Source: Myxococcales bacterium
Lineage (GTDB): Bacteria > Myxococcota_A > Polyangia > Polyangiales > Polyangiaceae
DNA: 28,144 bases
Assembly: GCA_043747615.1 (NCBI GenBank)
Contig: JAYTOU010000083.1
Location: 1 to 28,144 of the forward strand
Direction: 5' to 3'
The notes below the pieces were generated by a model. It saw only the letters and a list, made by a program, of their open reading frames with translations, was not told where the DNA came from and searched no databases. Positions 16,815-26,151 of the stretch are shown here, one piece after another. Position 1 is the first letter of the stretch; each line of letters starts with the position of its first letter. Both the position numbers and the translations under genes were made by a program.

Positions 16815-18623
16815 GTGTCGAAACCGATTCGACCTGCGCCTCCTCCGGCTCCCTCGCGGGACGAGCGGGATGATTTTTGGGACATCGTCGACGCTCCTCC
16901 GGTGAGCGAAGGCGGTCTCGGCGAGGTCGAACGCGCGATTTCGATCCTCGACGGGCGCCATCCCGACCACGCCCGCCTTCAGCGCGAGACGCTCCAAGCA
17001 TCGAGGAACAGACAGGCAGCGCTCGATCTAGAAAGTAAGAAAGAGCGCGGCCGCCTCATTCGACGCACGCTCGTCACCGCGGTCACGCTCGCGGCCGTCG
17101 GCTCAGGCGGATGGTTCGGATACACGACCTACAAGCGGCGAACGATGCTCGAGGCGATGCTCGACGACCCCTCGGCGCCCTACAAGATGATGGGCTTTGC
17201 AGCGTTCCCGGCGGCGCAGTGGGGTCGACAAGACCTCGCTGAAGCAAGCGTCGATACGCCGAGCTGCATCATCGCGATCGGGGCGTCCGCCGGGGGGGAA
17301 GCGGTCCTCGAGGTTCGACGCGACGGCGAAAGACTGCAAACAAAAGGCTCCATCGGCTGGTGCGGTTGCGGCCCCGAGCACGTGACGGCCGAGGTGACCT
17401 CGGGTGTCGAGGGGCAGCGCTCCGTGCGTCTCCTTCACATGGACGCGCATGCCTTCGGAGGGGCCTACGTCTTCGCGTTCGCCAAGGCGCGACCGAGCAC
17501 GCTGCTCGAGGGCCCGTGCGCCGACGAGCACCTCGATGGCTGGCTCACGGAAAAGCATTACCCGCTGACCGCCATGGGCGCGGCATGGCTCGAAGCAACA
17601 CCCGTCCGGAAAAAGCTTCGCGCAGCAGGGTTTCGGCCTCTGGCGATCGCTGGCGCGAGCCTTCCGTTCGTGGTCGCTGAACCACCTCCGCAGAGCTGCG
17701 TCGTCGCCATTCCTTCGGATCCGGACGACGTGCTCGCTCTTCGCATCGATGGTGGCACGCGCGTTCTCACGAAAGTGAAAGGGCCTCTCGCGTGGTGCGA
17801 CGCGCACGCTTCAGCGACCACGGTGTGGCGCGAAGGAAAGGGAGAAATAGCGGTGATCAGCGTTCCCGCGCGGCGCATCGGCGGGGTGCTCGGCCTCCGG
17901 GAAGTCGCCACGCGCGCCGGGCTCGGCGATCTCGCAGTGTGGCTCAAGAGCGAAGACCTGGGATGGGATGCTGCTGAGGCCGCGAGGGCGAGCGGTATTT
18001 CGGAGCCCGTCGTCGTCGACTACCTCGCTGCGAAACACGACGCCGTGAATGACGCGCGCGTAGTCTCCGTGTCGTCCTCGGCAGGCGCGGCGATTGCGCC
18101 CGACAGCGGGTCCGACCTCGTCTTCGAGACCTGCTCACCGCCGCTCGGACATGCGCTGCAAATGTTCTGCGTGCAGGCTTCGCCTCAGCGATGGCGCGAT
18201 ACGACCGCCAAGGGAAATGCGGGCGGAGCGGAGTCTGCGCTCCCTTTCTGGATGTCGATGTTGGCGAAGGCCCACGACCCCGACGCAGTTCGCACGGAGG
18301 CGCAGCTCTTCGCGTTCGCGCGGCGCGTGGCCGCCGAAGGCTTCGGTCCGACCGTTCTCGAAGCGGTGATCGAGCAGCCTACCGGTGCGGAGGTACTCGG
18401 CCGGGCTGGCGAGGATGCGATCATCGCGGTGGGGATCGAGGCGGTGCCGCCGTTCGCGTTCACCTACAGCGACGGGCCAGCGTGGACGCTCTCCGGAGAG
18501 CCGCGGATCGTCGAGCTCGCAGCTGGAAAACACGTGAGCCTCACGGCGACGCCCACACCGACCGCGCCGAAAGAGGCCCGCCGCACAATCGTCTTTCGCA
18601 GGCCGACGCCTACGTCTCCTTGA
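16815..18623 (+). CDS. Single-pass membrane hypothetical protein with internally repeated extracytoplasmic domain
   Basis: 602-aa ORF with coding-like codon bias, TM segment TLVTAVTLAAVGSGGWFGY, repeated GF...SC[IV][IV]AI...KG...WC...GG unit. 14-nt convergent overlap with the next gene. Confidence 0.8.
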   Translation: MSKPIRPAPPPAPSRDERDDFWDIVDAPPVSEGGLGEVERAISILDGRHPDHARLQRETLQASRNRQAALDLESKKERGRLIRRTLVTAVTLAAVGSGGWFGYTTYKRRTMLEAMLDDPSAPYKMMGFAAFPAAQWGRQDLAEASVDTPSCIIAIGASAGGEAVLEVRRDGERLQTKGSIGWCGCGPEHVTAEVTSGVEGQRSVRLLHMDAHAFGGAYVFAFAKARPSTLLEGPCADEHLDGWLTEKHYPLTAMGAAWLEATPVRKKLRAAGFRPLAIAGASLPFVVAEPPPQSCVVAIPSDPDDVLALRIDGGTRVLTKVKGPLAWCDAHASATTVWREGKGEIAVISVPARRIGGVLGLREVATRAGLGDLAVWLKSEDLGWDAAEAARASGISEPVVVDYLAAKHDAVNDARVVSVSSSAGAAIAPDSGSDLVFETCSPPLGHALQMFCVQASPQRWRDTTAKGNAGGAESALPFWMSMLAKAHDPDAVRTEAQLFAFARRVAAEGFGPTVLEAVIEQPTGAEVLGRAGEDAIIAVGIEAVPPFAFTYSDGPAWTLSGEPRIVELAAGKHVSLTATPTPTAPKEARRTIVFRRPTPTSP

Positions 18624-21600
18624 GCCACTCGTCGGCGCGCGCGAGGGTCAGCGCGTTCTCACGGATCCGATCGAGAAAGCCGCGGCGGTAGACGGGATCC
18701 TGAATTTGTTCGGCGCGCTCGAGGAGCCGGTCGCGGGCGACGGTGATCGCCGCACATGCCGCTTCGTGGCGACCCGTTGCTTGAAGCCCTTGCGCGTAGG
18801 CAAGTCTCACCATCGCCTCCCCCTCGACCACCCCGCCGGCATGGATGAAGAGGTCCATCCCTTGTTTCGCGAACGCGTAGCCCTCGTCGCCCTTTTGCTG
18901 ATCGAGCGCAGTCAGCGCGAGGATCGCCAGCGCCGGCGCATTCAGAGCGGGAATGTCGCGAAGGAGCTCGACTGCCCTGCGGGCTTGCCCCTCCGCCTCC
19001 TTGGGCTTCTCGTCGAGACGGAGCATGAGCGCGAGGTACGCGCACGATGCGCCCTCGAACATCGCATCGCCGCGGGCCCGGAAGCCGACGATTGCCTCGC
19101 GCTCGAGGCTCATGCCGCCCACCAAATTGCCCTTCCGGGAGAGAATGGGGCCGAGGTTGTGCTTGCACGCGAGGGCGGTCCCGGAAAGCCCCATGCGATT
19201 GGCCTCCTCAAGCGCCTGGCGCAAATGTTTTTCCCCCTCCTCGTCGGCCCCGAACGCGGACAGACCGTTGCCGAGATTTTGCCGGTGGACGCACGCGTTG
19301 CGAAGATCGCCCGCGGCCTCGAAGGACTTCATCGCTTGCGCCAGGAGGCGAATCTCTTCTTCGGTCTCGTTGAGCCACAACGCACGGTTCGCGCGGGCGT
19401 GGGCGAACCAACCGGCGACGGCCGGCTCCTGGCTCTTGATGTCGCTGCCTTTGAGCTCCATCCAGGCCAGCATGCCGTCGGCAAGTTTGAAGTTGCCGCC
19501 ATAGAACAGACGGGACACGAGGCGGCCCATTCCGATCAGGCGGTCCACGGTGACCGGAGCGTCGTCGCCCACGTCATTGAACTCTTCGGCGAGCGTGAGG
19601 AGCTTCTCTTTTTCCCCGAGTCGCCAGGCGATCGCAGAGACCTCTCCGCCGGCAACGAACCACTCCGAGCTCCCTCGCGTCAGATGACGCATGGCTTCGT
19701 TGCCCCAGCGCACGGCTTCGCGGAGATCGCCGCTCCAGTTGGTGGCCTCGGCTTGGAGGAGGCGGAGCTTTCCGAGCATCTCGCCGGTCGCCCCGCACGC
19801 GATCGCCTTGGCAATGCGCTGCATCGCCGCTCCGAAATCATTTCCTTCGATGGCTTGCGCGGTCGCGCGCCGGTACCACTCGATAGCTCTCGCTGGAACG
19901 CCGCCCCGCTCGAAGTGCTCGGCGAGCGCCATTCCGTCGCTCTCTCCGGCTTCTTCGAGCCACTCGGCGCCGAGCCGGTGACCGAGCATGCGATCGTCGG
20001 GTGTGAGCATGGCGTAGGCCGCTTCGCGAATGAGCCCGTGACGAAAGACGTACTTCACTTCGCCAGGGAACGTGCTGCTCGCGGTGCGGGTGATCACCTC
20101 GCGGGTGCAGAGCTCATGGAGCCATTCGTCCACTTCGGGACCGCGATGCGAGCCCCCGACGAGCGCCAAAATTCCTCCACGCCAGAAGGCTTGGCCAAAG
20201 ACGGCCGCGGCTCGGAGAATGCGTCGTGCCGTTGGATCCAGGCGCTCCAGGCGCGCTTCGACCATGGCCAGAACCGTGTCGGGAAGCGAGTCGCCGCGGC
20301 CCTCCGCGACCGCGCGAATCAGCTCTTCGAGGTAAAACGCATTTCCGGCGGCCCGTTCGGTGATACTGGCCATGACGTCCGCCGGCGTGTCTTCCCCGAG
20401 GCAGCCGCGCACCAGCTGTTCGCTCGCTTTTTTCGTGAGGGCACCGAGGCGAATTTCCTGGAGGCTGCGCTCGCTCCACAGGCCGGGGAAGACTTCGTGC
20501 ACCTCGGGCCGCGCGAAGGCCACCACCATCAGCGGGCGATCGTCGAGGTTACGGAGAGCCGCGTCGATGAACTTTACCGAAGGAAGATCGCCCCAATGGA
20601 GATCTTCGAGAACGAGCATCACGGGCTGAGCGGCGGTCTCGGCGCTCAACCAATCTTCCCAGGCGCGGCGCATCTGATCGCCCATGACCATCGCGTCCTG
20701 GCGGGCCGCGCGGAGCTGCACGCTCTCGACGTCCGAGAATGGAGCCCCCACGAGCTCGGCCAAGAATTCGGAGACCCGGTGTACGTGATCGATCTCCACG
20801 TGACGAGCAACGCGGGCGCGGATCTTCTTCTGGCGAACACCGAGAGACTCGCCTTCCAGGCAGCCCGCCGCGCTGCGAATGGTCTGGGCGAGCATGCTGA
20901 AAGGCGCGCCTTCGCTCATCGGATCGCCGCGGGCAATCCACACCTCGGCCGGCTCGTCTCGCGCACGGACGTGACGCACGAACTCGTGCGTGAGGCGGGA
21001 TTTTCCGACTCCGGGCGGCCCGCTGACCAGAACGGGGCGCGCCACTGGCTCCGCGATACACTCCTCGAAGAGCGCAGCGAGCGAGCCGAGCTCACGATCG
21101 CGGCCGACGCATCGCGTTGTCTTACCCAGGAGCGTTCGCGCGTCGCTCACGTGCTCCCGCCGGCCACGCAGGACGAGGCTGCGGGCGTCACCGCCCACGT
21201 CGAAGCGCATGTCGAGGAGGCCAGCGGTGGTCTCGTCGAGACGAATGAGCGAAGGTTCCGCTGCCGACGCCGCAAGGACGTCATTGCCGAGGATCTGCGC
21301 CGCGCGATCGATCACGTCACCGAGAACGAGTTGATCGCTCAGGGTCGCAAACCCGGTCGCCACGGACATGTGCGCTCGAGGGAGATGCTCGCGCAGCGCG
21401 AGGGCACACCGTGCGGCCTGGACGGCTTGATCGGTGGCGCTCCCTTTGCCGGTCACCGTCACCACCAGCGAGCCATCGGCGAGGGACTCGAACTCCGCGC
21501 TGAACGGAGCGATGATCGTCTGAAAATCGTAGGCCGCAGCGACGGTCCGCTGTTCTTCCTCGAGCGTCGGAGCTTTCGGTTCCGCCGCCGCGAGCGACTC

Positions 21601-22539
21601 GGGCGAAGCGGCCATCACGATGCTCACCAGCTTCTTCTCGCCGCGGGTGAGTCCGCGCATCTCGCGAATTTCAGAAAGACGCGGCTTGCCGAGGAGCGTC
21701 GAGTCGTCGAGGAGCTCGAGCTCGCGCACAACCGCTGATCCATTCGTCGGCCGGGTGATCGCATGCTTCGAAAGCATCCGGGCGATGAGAGCGTCGAGCG
21801 CGTGGGGAACGTTCGACGTCACCTCGCTCACGCGCGGAGAATCTTCGAGCAAGATCTTGGCGAGGAGACCGGCGACGTTTTCCGCGATGAAGGCCGGGCG
21901 TCCGGTGATGCACTCGAAGAGCACGCACCCGAGCGCAAAGACGTCGACCCGCGCGTCGATCTCCTTGGACCCACGGGCCTGCTCGGGAGCCATGTAGCCC
22001 GGGGTGCCGAGCATCACGCCCGTTCCCGTTGCGCGGCTGATGTTCATCATGCGCGCGATGCCCAGATCGAGAATTTTGACCTGCTGGATGTCCCCGTTCG
22101 GCACGAAAATGTTGCTCGGCTTCATGTCGCGGTGGATGATCCCCCGCTCGTGCAGGACGCCCAGCGCTTCGGCCACCCGCTTTCCGAGGGTGATCGTCTC
22201 CGCGATGCTCAGTCCGTTCTTCGCGAGGCGCTCGGCGAGGTCCTCACCCTCGAGCCATTCCATCGCCAAGTAGAGGCGATTGCCGTTGGTCACGCCGTGG
22301 GCAACGTAGCGAACGACGCGCGGATGGCTGATCTCCGCCAGGAGCTGCGCCTCGAGCCGAAAGCGTTCCAGATCCTTCGCGGTCGGATTCGCGAGATGAA
22401 GAATCTTGATGGCCACCGGGCCGCCCGTCAGCCGGTCCTTCGCGCGGAAGACCTCCCCCATGCCTCCCGTCCCGATCAGCCGCTGAATCTCGAAGCGATC
22501 GGCTACGACCTGACCCGTGGTTTGCACAGAGGGCAACAT
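18610..22539 (-). CDS. Ser/Thr kinase - degenerate cyclase-like - P-loop (STAND/AAA) ATPase - TPR multidomain protein
   Basis: Kinase GTGGMG, VAIK, HRDMKPSN, DLG, APE. CVGRDREL, Walker A GPPGVGKS, Walker B LVLEDLHWGD, GNAFYLEE, C-terminal TPR-like helices. Start set at ATG 22539. Confidence 0.93.
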   Translation of the reverse strand: MLPSVQTTGQVVADRFEIQRLIGTGGMGEVFRAKDRLTGGPVAIKILHLANPTAKDLERFRLEAQLLAEISHPRVVRYVAHGVTNGNRLYLAMEWLEGEDLAERLAKNGLSIAETITLGKRVAEALGVLHERGIIHRDMKPSNIFVPNGDIQQVKILDLGIARMMNISRATGTGVMLGTPGYMAPEQARGSKEIDARVDVFALGCVLFECITGRPAFIAENVAGLLAKILLEDSPRVSEVTSNVPHALDALIARMLSKHAITRPTNGSAVVRELELLDDSTLLGKPRLSEIREMRGLTRGEKKLVSIVMAASPESLAAAEPKAPTLEEEQRTVAAAYDFQTIIAPFSAEFESLADGSLVVTVTGKGSATDQAVQAARCALALREHLPRAHMSVATGFATLSDQLVLGDVIDRAAQILGNDVLAASAAEPSLIRLDETTAGLLDMRFDVGGDARSLVLRGRREHVSDARTLLGKTTRCVGRDRELGSLAALFEECIAEPVARPVLVSGPPGVGKSRLTHEFVRHVRARDEPAEVWIARGDPMSEGAPFSMLAQTIRSAAGCLEGESLGVRQKKIRARVARHVEIDHVHRVSEFLAELVGAPFSDVESVQLRAARQDAMVMGDQMRRAWEDWLSAETAAQPVMLVLEDLHWGDLPSVKFIDAALRNLDDRPLMVVAFARPEVHEVFPGLWSERSLQEIRLGALTKKASEQLVRGCLGEDTPADVMASITERAAGNAFYLEELIRAVAEGRGDSLPDTVLAMVEARLERLDPTARRILRAAAVFGQAFWRGGILALVGGSHRGPEVDEWLHELCTREVITRTASSTFPGEVKYVFRHGLIREAAYAMLTPDDRMLGHRLGAEWLEEAGESDGMALAEHFERGGVPARAIEWYRRATAQAIEGNDFGAAMQRIAKAIACGATGEMLGKLRLLQAEATNWSGDLREAVRWGNEAMRHLTRGSSEWFVAGGEVSAIAWRLGEKEKLLTLAEEFNDVGDDAPVTVDRLIGMGRLVSRLFYGGNFKLADGMLAWMELKGSDIKSQEPAVAGWFAHARANRALWLNETEEEIRLLAQAMKSFEAAGDLRNACVHRQNLGNGLSAFGADEEGEKHLRQALEEANRMGLSGTALACKHNLGPILSRKGNLVGGMSLEREAIVGFRARGDAMFEGASCAYLALMLRLDEKPKEAEGQARRAVELLRDIPALNAPALAILALTALDQQKGDEGYAFAKQGMDLFIHAGGVVEGEAMVRLAYAQGLQATGRHEAACAAITVARDRLLERAEQIQDPVYRRGFLDRIRENALTLARADEWLKET

Positions 22540-22547
22540 TCTCCTCA

Positions 22548-22557
22548 ATGGTAGCGT
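22548..22557. promoter_or_regulatory. Putative bidirectional overlapping -10 elements
   Basis: TAGCGT (+, 22552-22557) and TACCAT (-, 22553-22548) sit in a 24-bp gap between divergent ATGs. Confidence 0.6.
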
Positions 22558-22563
22558 CTCTTG

Positions 22564-23085
22564 ATGGGACCAAAACTCTTTCTCCTCGTGCCTCTCTTTG
22601 TCGTTGCGTGTGGCGGACCCCGATCGCCGGCCCCGCCGTCGATCCCCGCGGACGCGGCCAGCGCTGCTCCAACGCCCACGGATGTGCCGACGGTACCTGC
22701 ACAAGAAGCAGGTTCGGCGCCGGCGCCTGCGGCCTCCTCCACCCCCGCGACAGCTCCGTCATCCACTTCGTTCGTCACCTCCGAAGCGGCGCCGAGCCAG
22801 GACACGTGCAGTGGTGCCGCAGCTCCCTTCGAAGCGCGAGTGAGGCCTCGCCTCAACGAGTGCTACGCCGCGGGAAAAAAGAAGAACCCGGATCTCGCAG
22901 GGGAGATTCACATCGTCGTCGAGGTGAACCCTTCGGGAAAAGTGACCTCGGTCAAATCGGTCGGTACGTCGGAGCTTGGAGCGAGTGTCGTCGACTGCAT
23001 GGTGAAGGCAGTGAAGAAGGAGCCCTTCGACGGTTCAGCATGCAAAGGCAAGACGGTCGCCGTCGGAAAAACGTGGGGTAAGTAA
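22564..23085 (+). CDS. Lipoprotein with AgmX/PglI C-terminal (TonB-C-like) domain
   Basis: Lipobox VVAC, Pro/Ala/Ser/Thr linker, RLNECY...NPDLAGEIHIVVEVNPSGKV...VDCMVKAVKKEPF. Confidence 0.82.
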   Translation: MGPKLFLLVPLFVVACGGPRSPAPPSIPADAASAAPTPTDVPTVPAQEAGSAPAPAASSTPATAPSSTSFVTSEAAPSQDTCSGAAAPFEARVRPRLNECYAAGKKKNPDLAGEIHIVVEVNPSGKVTSVKSVGTSELGASVVDCMVKAVKKEPFDGSACKGKTVAVGKTWGK

Positions 23086-23359
23086 CGCATGTTCCGCGCG
23101 ATCAATTGCAATGATGAATACTGATTGTTTCTGGCAATTCTGCTGACGCATCACGGGACGAGATCTTGATGAGCGGCACGCGCCCGAAACGCGTAACCGC
23201 ACGGTTCCTGGCTCGGCTAAACGTCGTTCTGGGGACAAGCTGAACTTCCTCCGAGGCGACGTGGGCGACCAGGCCGCCTTTGAGCTTTTTGTGCTCCAAA
23301 ATTCGAGTCCCCGCGTGGATCACGGGGCACACGCACCGAAGGTGGACTAGACTAACGCC

Positions 23360-24709
23360 GTGGATATACCGCTTCTTACGCGCCTCTATGCCGAGCACAT
23401 CAAAGAGGTCGAACGCCGCTATGCCGAGATCCTCCTCGCGGCCAAGCTCGACGCCGTCGTCATCCATTCGGGGTCGCTGAAAATCCGGACGGAGTTCGAT
23501 GACCAGTACTGGCCGCTCCGAGCGACGCCGCACTTTCAGCACTGGGTGCCCATCTCGCAGGCAGACTGCGCGATCATCTTCGTGCCCGGAAAAAGACCAG
23601 TGCTCGCCTGGACGCGCGCGCGGAGTGTCTGGGAGAAGCCGGCCCGCCCAGAAACACTGCATTTCGTGGCAGCGCTCGACGTCCACGAGCCCGACGGCTG
23701 GGAGAGCGTGAAGGCTCTCGTGCCTACGACGGGACGCGTGGCGTTCATCGGTGAGGATCGCTCACGGGCCGCGGCATGGGGGATCGACGCCGCTCTCGTT
23801 AATCTGCCCGAGCTCATCGGGCCTCTCGATCGCCTGCGCACGCGAAAAACGGCGTACGAAATTCTTTGCCTCGAAGAGGCCAACCGGCGCGCGGCCCTCG
23901 GACACGAAGCCGTGCGCTCGGCGTTCCAGGCAGCGGATCGCTCGGAGCTCGATCTGCATCTGATTTTTCTCGGCGTAACAGGCCAAGACGATCCCGAGAC
24001 CCCCTACAAAAACATCGTCGCCCTCGGCGAGCACGCGGCGACGCTCCACCACATCGACTACAAAAAACGCCCGGATTCTCGGTCGGCGGAGTCACTCTTG
24101 GTGGACGCGGGAGCCACCTACCAGGGCTACTGCTCGGACATCACGCGAACGTGGGTGAAGGGCACGGGGGCTACGCTCTCCACCTTTACCGGGATCGTCA
24201 ACGGCGTCGAAGCGATGCAGAAACGTCTCTGCGACGCGGTCCGCGTGGGTGCTCCCTACGAGAAGCTGCACGAGGACGCGCATCGTCAAGTGGGCGACAT
24301 TCTCCGCGAAGCGGGGATCCTGAAGGTGTCCTCGGACGAGGCCATGGCGGCGGGAATCAGCCGCGCATTTTTCCCGCACGGGCTCGGGCACTCGCTCGGC
24401 CTCCAGTGCCACGACGTCGGCTGCGCGCTCATCAAGCCGAAGCCGGAGAATCCGTACTTGCGAAATACGTCCACGATCGTCGAAGCGCAGGTCTTCACGA
24501 TCGAGCCAGGGATCTACTTCATCGAAGATCTGCTCGCACCACTTCGTCAGGGTGAAAAAGCCAAATTCATCGATTTTTCTTTGGTGGACGCACTTTCGCC
24601 GCTCGGCGGGGTCCGGATCGAAGACGATCTCGTCGTCCTCGCAGGGGGCGCGGGCAATGCTCACGTGCGCAATCTGACGCGCGAGTTCCTGCCACTTGGC
24701 GGCGGCTGA
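23360..24709 (+). CDS. pepQ: Xaa-Pro dipeptidase (prolidase, M24B)
   Basis: FDDQYWP...PHFQHWVP, PYKNIVA, DAG, DITRT, HGLGH, HDVG, TIEPGIYF, GVRIEDD, NLTR. Confidence 0.95.
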   Translation: MDIPLLTRLYAEHIKEVERRYAEILLAAKLDAVVIHSGSLKIRTEFDDQYWPLRATPHFQHWVPISQADCAIIFVPGKRPVLAWTRARSVWEKPARPETLHFVAALDVHEPDGWESVKALVPTTGRVAFIGEDRSRAAAWGIDAALVNLPELIGPLDRLRTRKTAYEILCLEEANRRAALGHEAVRSAFQAADRSELDLHLIFLGVTGQDDPETPYKNIVALGEHAATLHHIDYKKRPDSRSAESLLVDAGATYQGYCSDITRTWVKGTGATLSTFTGIVNGVEAMQKRLCDAVRVGAPYEKLHEDAHRQVGDILREAGILKVSSDEAMAAGISRAFFPHGLGHSLGLQCHDVGCALIKPKPENPYLRNTSTIVEAQVFTIEPGIYFIEDLLAPLRQGEKAKFIDFSLVDALSPLGGVRIEDDLVVLAGGAGNAHVRNLTREFLPLGGG

Positions 24710-24721
24710 TTTCACGCAACC

Positions 24722-25477
24722 ATGAGGCTCGTCTGGGCTGCTCTCTTCGCACTGAGCGGATGCACGCGGCCCAACGCGGAGACCGCGCCCTCTCCTCCTC
24801 CCGGCGCCAACGCGATCACGCTCACCGCGCCGAGCGCCATCGCGCCAACGCCGGCCCCCATCCCGAGCGGACCGGCGGCGAACTCGTACCTCGGTCGCCC
24901 GATCGCGAAGCCCATGAGCTTTCTCGGTTCGGACTGGCTCGATCGTCCCGATCGTGCGCAGACCGAGCAGCCGGACAAAGTGGTCGACGCGCTTCATGTC
25001 GTGCCCGGCAGCACGGTGGCGGACGTCGGCGCGGGAACGGGCTACTTTTCTATCCGTATCGCGCGCAAGGTTTTACCGGGCGGTAGAGTGATCGCCACCG
25101 ACATTCAGCCCCAGATGCTGAAGATGCTCGAGGCGAACGCTAAAACGGCGGGCGTCGAAAACATCACCACGGTGCTCTGCACGGAGACGGACGCCAAGCT
25201 GCCGCTCGCCAGCATTGACCTCGCGCTGATGGTCGACGTCTACCACGAGCTCGCACGCCCCGCCGAGACGCTGGCGCAGGTGCGGGCCGCTCTCAAGCCG
25301 GGCGGTCGCGTGGCGCTCGTCGAGTACCGCGGCGAGGATGCGACGGTTCCCATCAAGCCGGAGCACAAGACGACTCTCGCCCAGCTGCGCCTCGAGCTCG
25401 GTCGGGCCGGCTTTGCGCTGACGGAAGATCTCGAGTTCCTGAAGCACCAACGCGTCGTCATTTTCGAGCCCAAATAA
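24722..25477 (+). CDS. Class I SAM-dependent methyltransferase with lipoprotein signal
   Basis: Lipobox LSGC; VADVGAGTGY, ATDIQ, MVDVYHE, LKPGGR. Confidence 0.9.
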   Translation: MRLVWAALFALSGCTRPNAETAPSPPPGANAITLTAPSAIAPTPAPIPSGPAANSYLGRPIAKPMSFLGSDWLDRPDRAQTEQPDKVVDALHVVPGSTVADVGAGTGYFSIRIARKVLPGGRVIATDIQPQMLKMLEANAKTAGVENITTVLCTETDAKLPLASIDLALMVDVYHELARPAETLAQVRAALKPGGRVALVEYRGEDATVPIKPEHKTTLAQLRLELGRAGFALTEDLEFLKHQRVVIFEPK

Positions 25478-25497
25478 TTTTCGACTATGGTGCGCTC

Positions 25498-26124
25498 GTG
25501 ACCGTTGCCGCCGCCCCGACCTCCCGGCAGATCCGCGCGAAGGAAACACGGAAGCGACTCTTCGCGGCTGCGGCCGAACTTTTCGAAGAGAGGGGCTACC
25601 ACCAGACGACCGTCGATCAAATCGTGAAACGGGCGAGCGTGGCGAAGGGCACTTTTTTCCTTCACTTCGCGACCAAAGACGCCGTCATCGTCGAGCTCGT
25701 ACGCATTCAAACCCGCGGCGCTCGCCGGGCACATGAGCACGCGCTGGAATTGAGTGCGCTCGAGCGGCTACGGGCGACGGTCCTCGCGCTTGGAGAGATG
25801 GCGGCCATGAGCCGTTCTCTCAGCCGCGCCGTTCTCTCCGCCAGCATTGAAAATCAGGAGGTCGGGGGCGAAGCAGACGCGCTCTTTCAGTCCATCCTCG
25901 AGCTGATGATCGTCGACGCCCGCGCCGCACAAGAGGCAGACCTTTTCAACGCTGAGCCCGACGCAGACACCATCGCCGAGGTGCTGATGGCCTCGTACCT
26001 CGGGGCGGCTCTGCATTTCACGAGCAGCCCGCGTGCAAAGCCGCTCATGGCGCTCCTCACTCCCATCGTCGACGCCAACATCGCTTCTTTTCGCAAGACA
26101 CCGAAAAAAAAATCGCCCAAGTAG
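25498..26124 (+). CDS. TetR/AcrR family transcriptional regulator
   Basis: AAAELFEERGYHQTTVDQIVKRASVAKGTFFLHFATKD helix-turn-helix signature. Confidence 0.93.
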   Translation: MTVAAAPTSRQIRAKETRKRLFAAAAELFEERGYHQTTVDQIVKRASVAKGTFFLHFATKDAVIVELVRIQTRGARRAHEHALELSALERLRATVLALGEMAAMSRSLSRAVLSASIENQEVGGEADALFQSILELMIVDARAAQEADLFNAEPDADTIAEVLMASYLGAALHFTSSPRAKPLMALLTPIVDANIASFRKTPKKKSPK

Positions 26125-26151
26125 CGGTGCCGGCGGCGTACGTTTGAGAAC

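Noticed and set aside
18706..21738. 1010-aa plus-strand ORF
   Set aside because: Antisense shadow of the kinase-STAND gene with no recognisable motifs; long shadow ORFs are expected in high-GC coding DNA.
23110..23145. ATGATGA...CTGA resembling box C/D motifs
   Set aside because: Box C/D guide RNAs are archaeal/eukaryotic, spacing is too short, and such short matches occur by chance.
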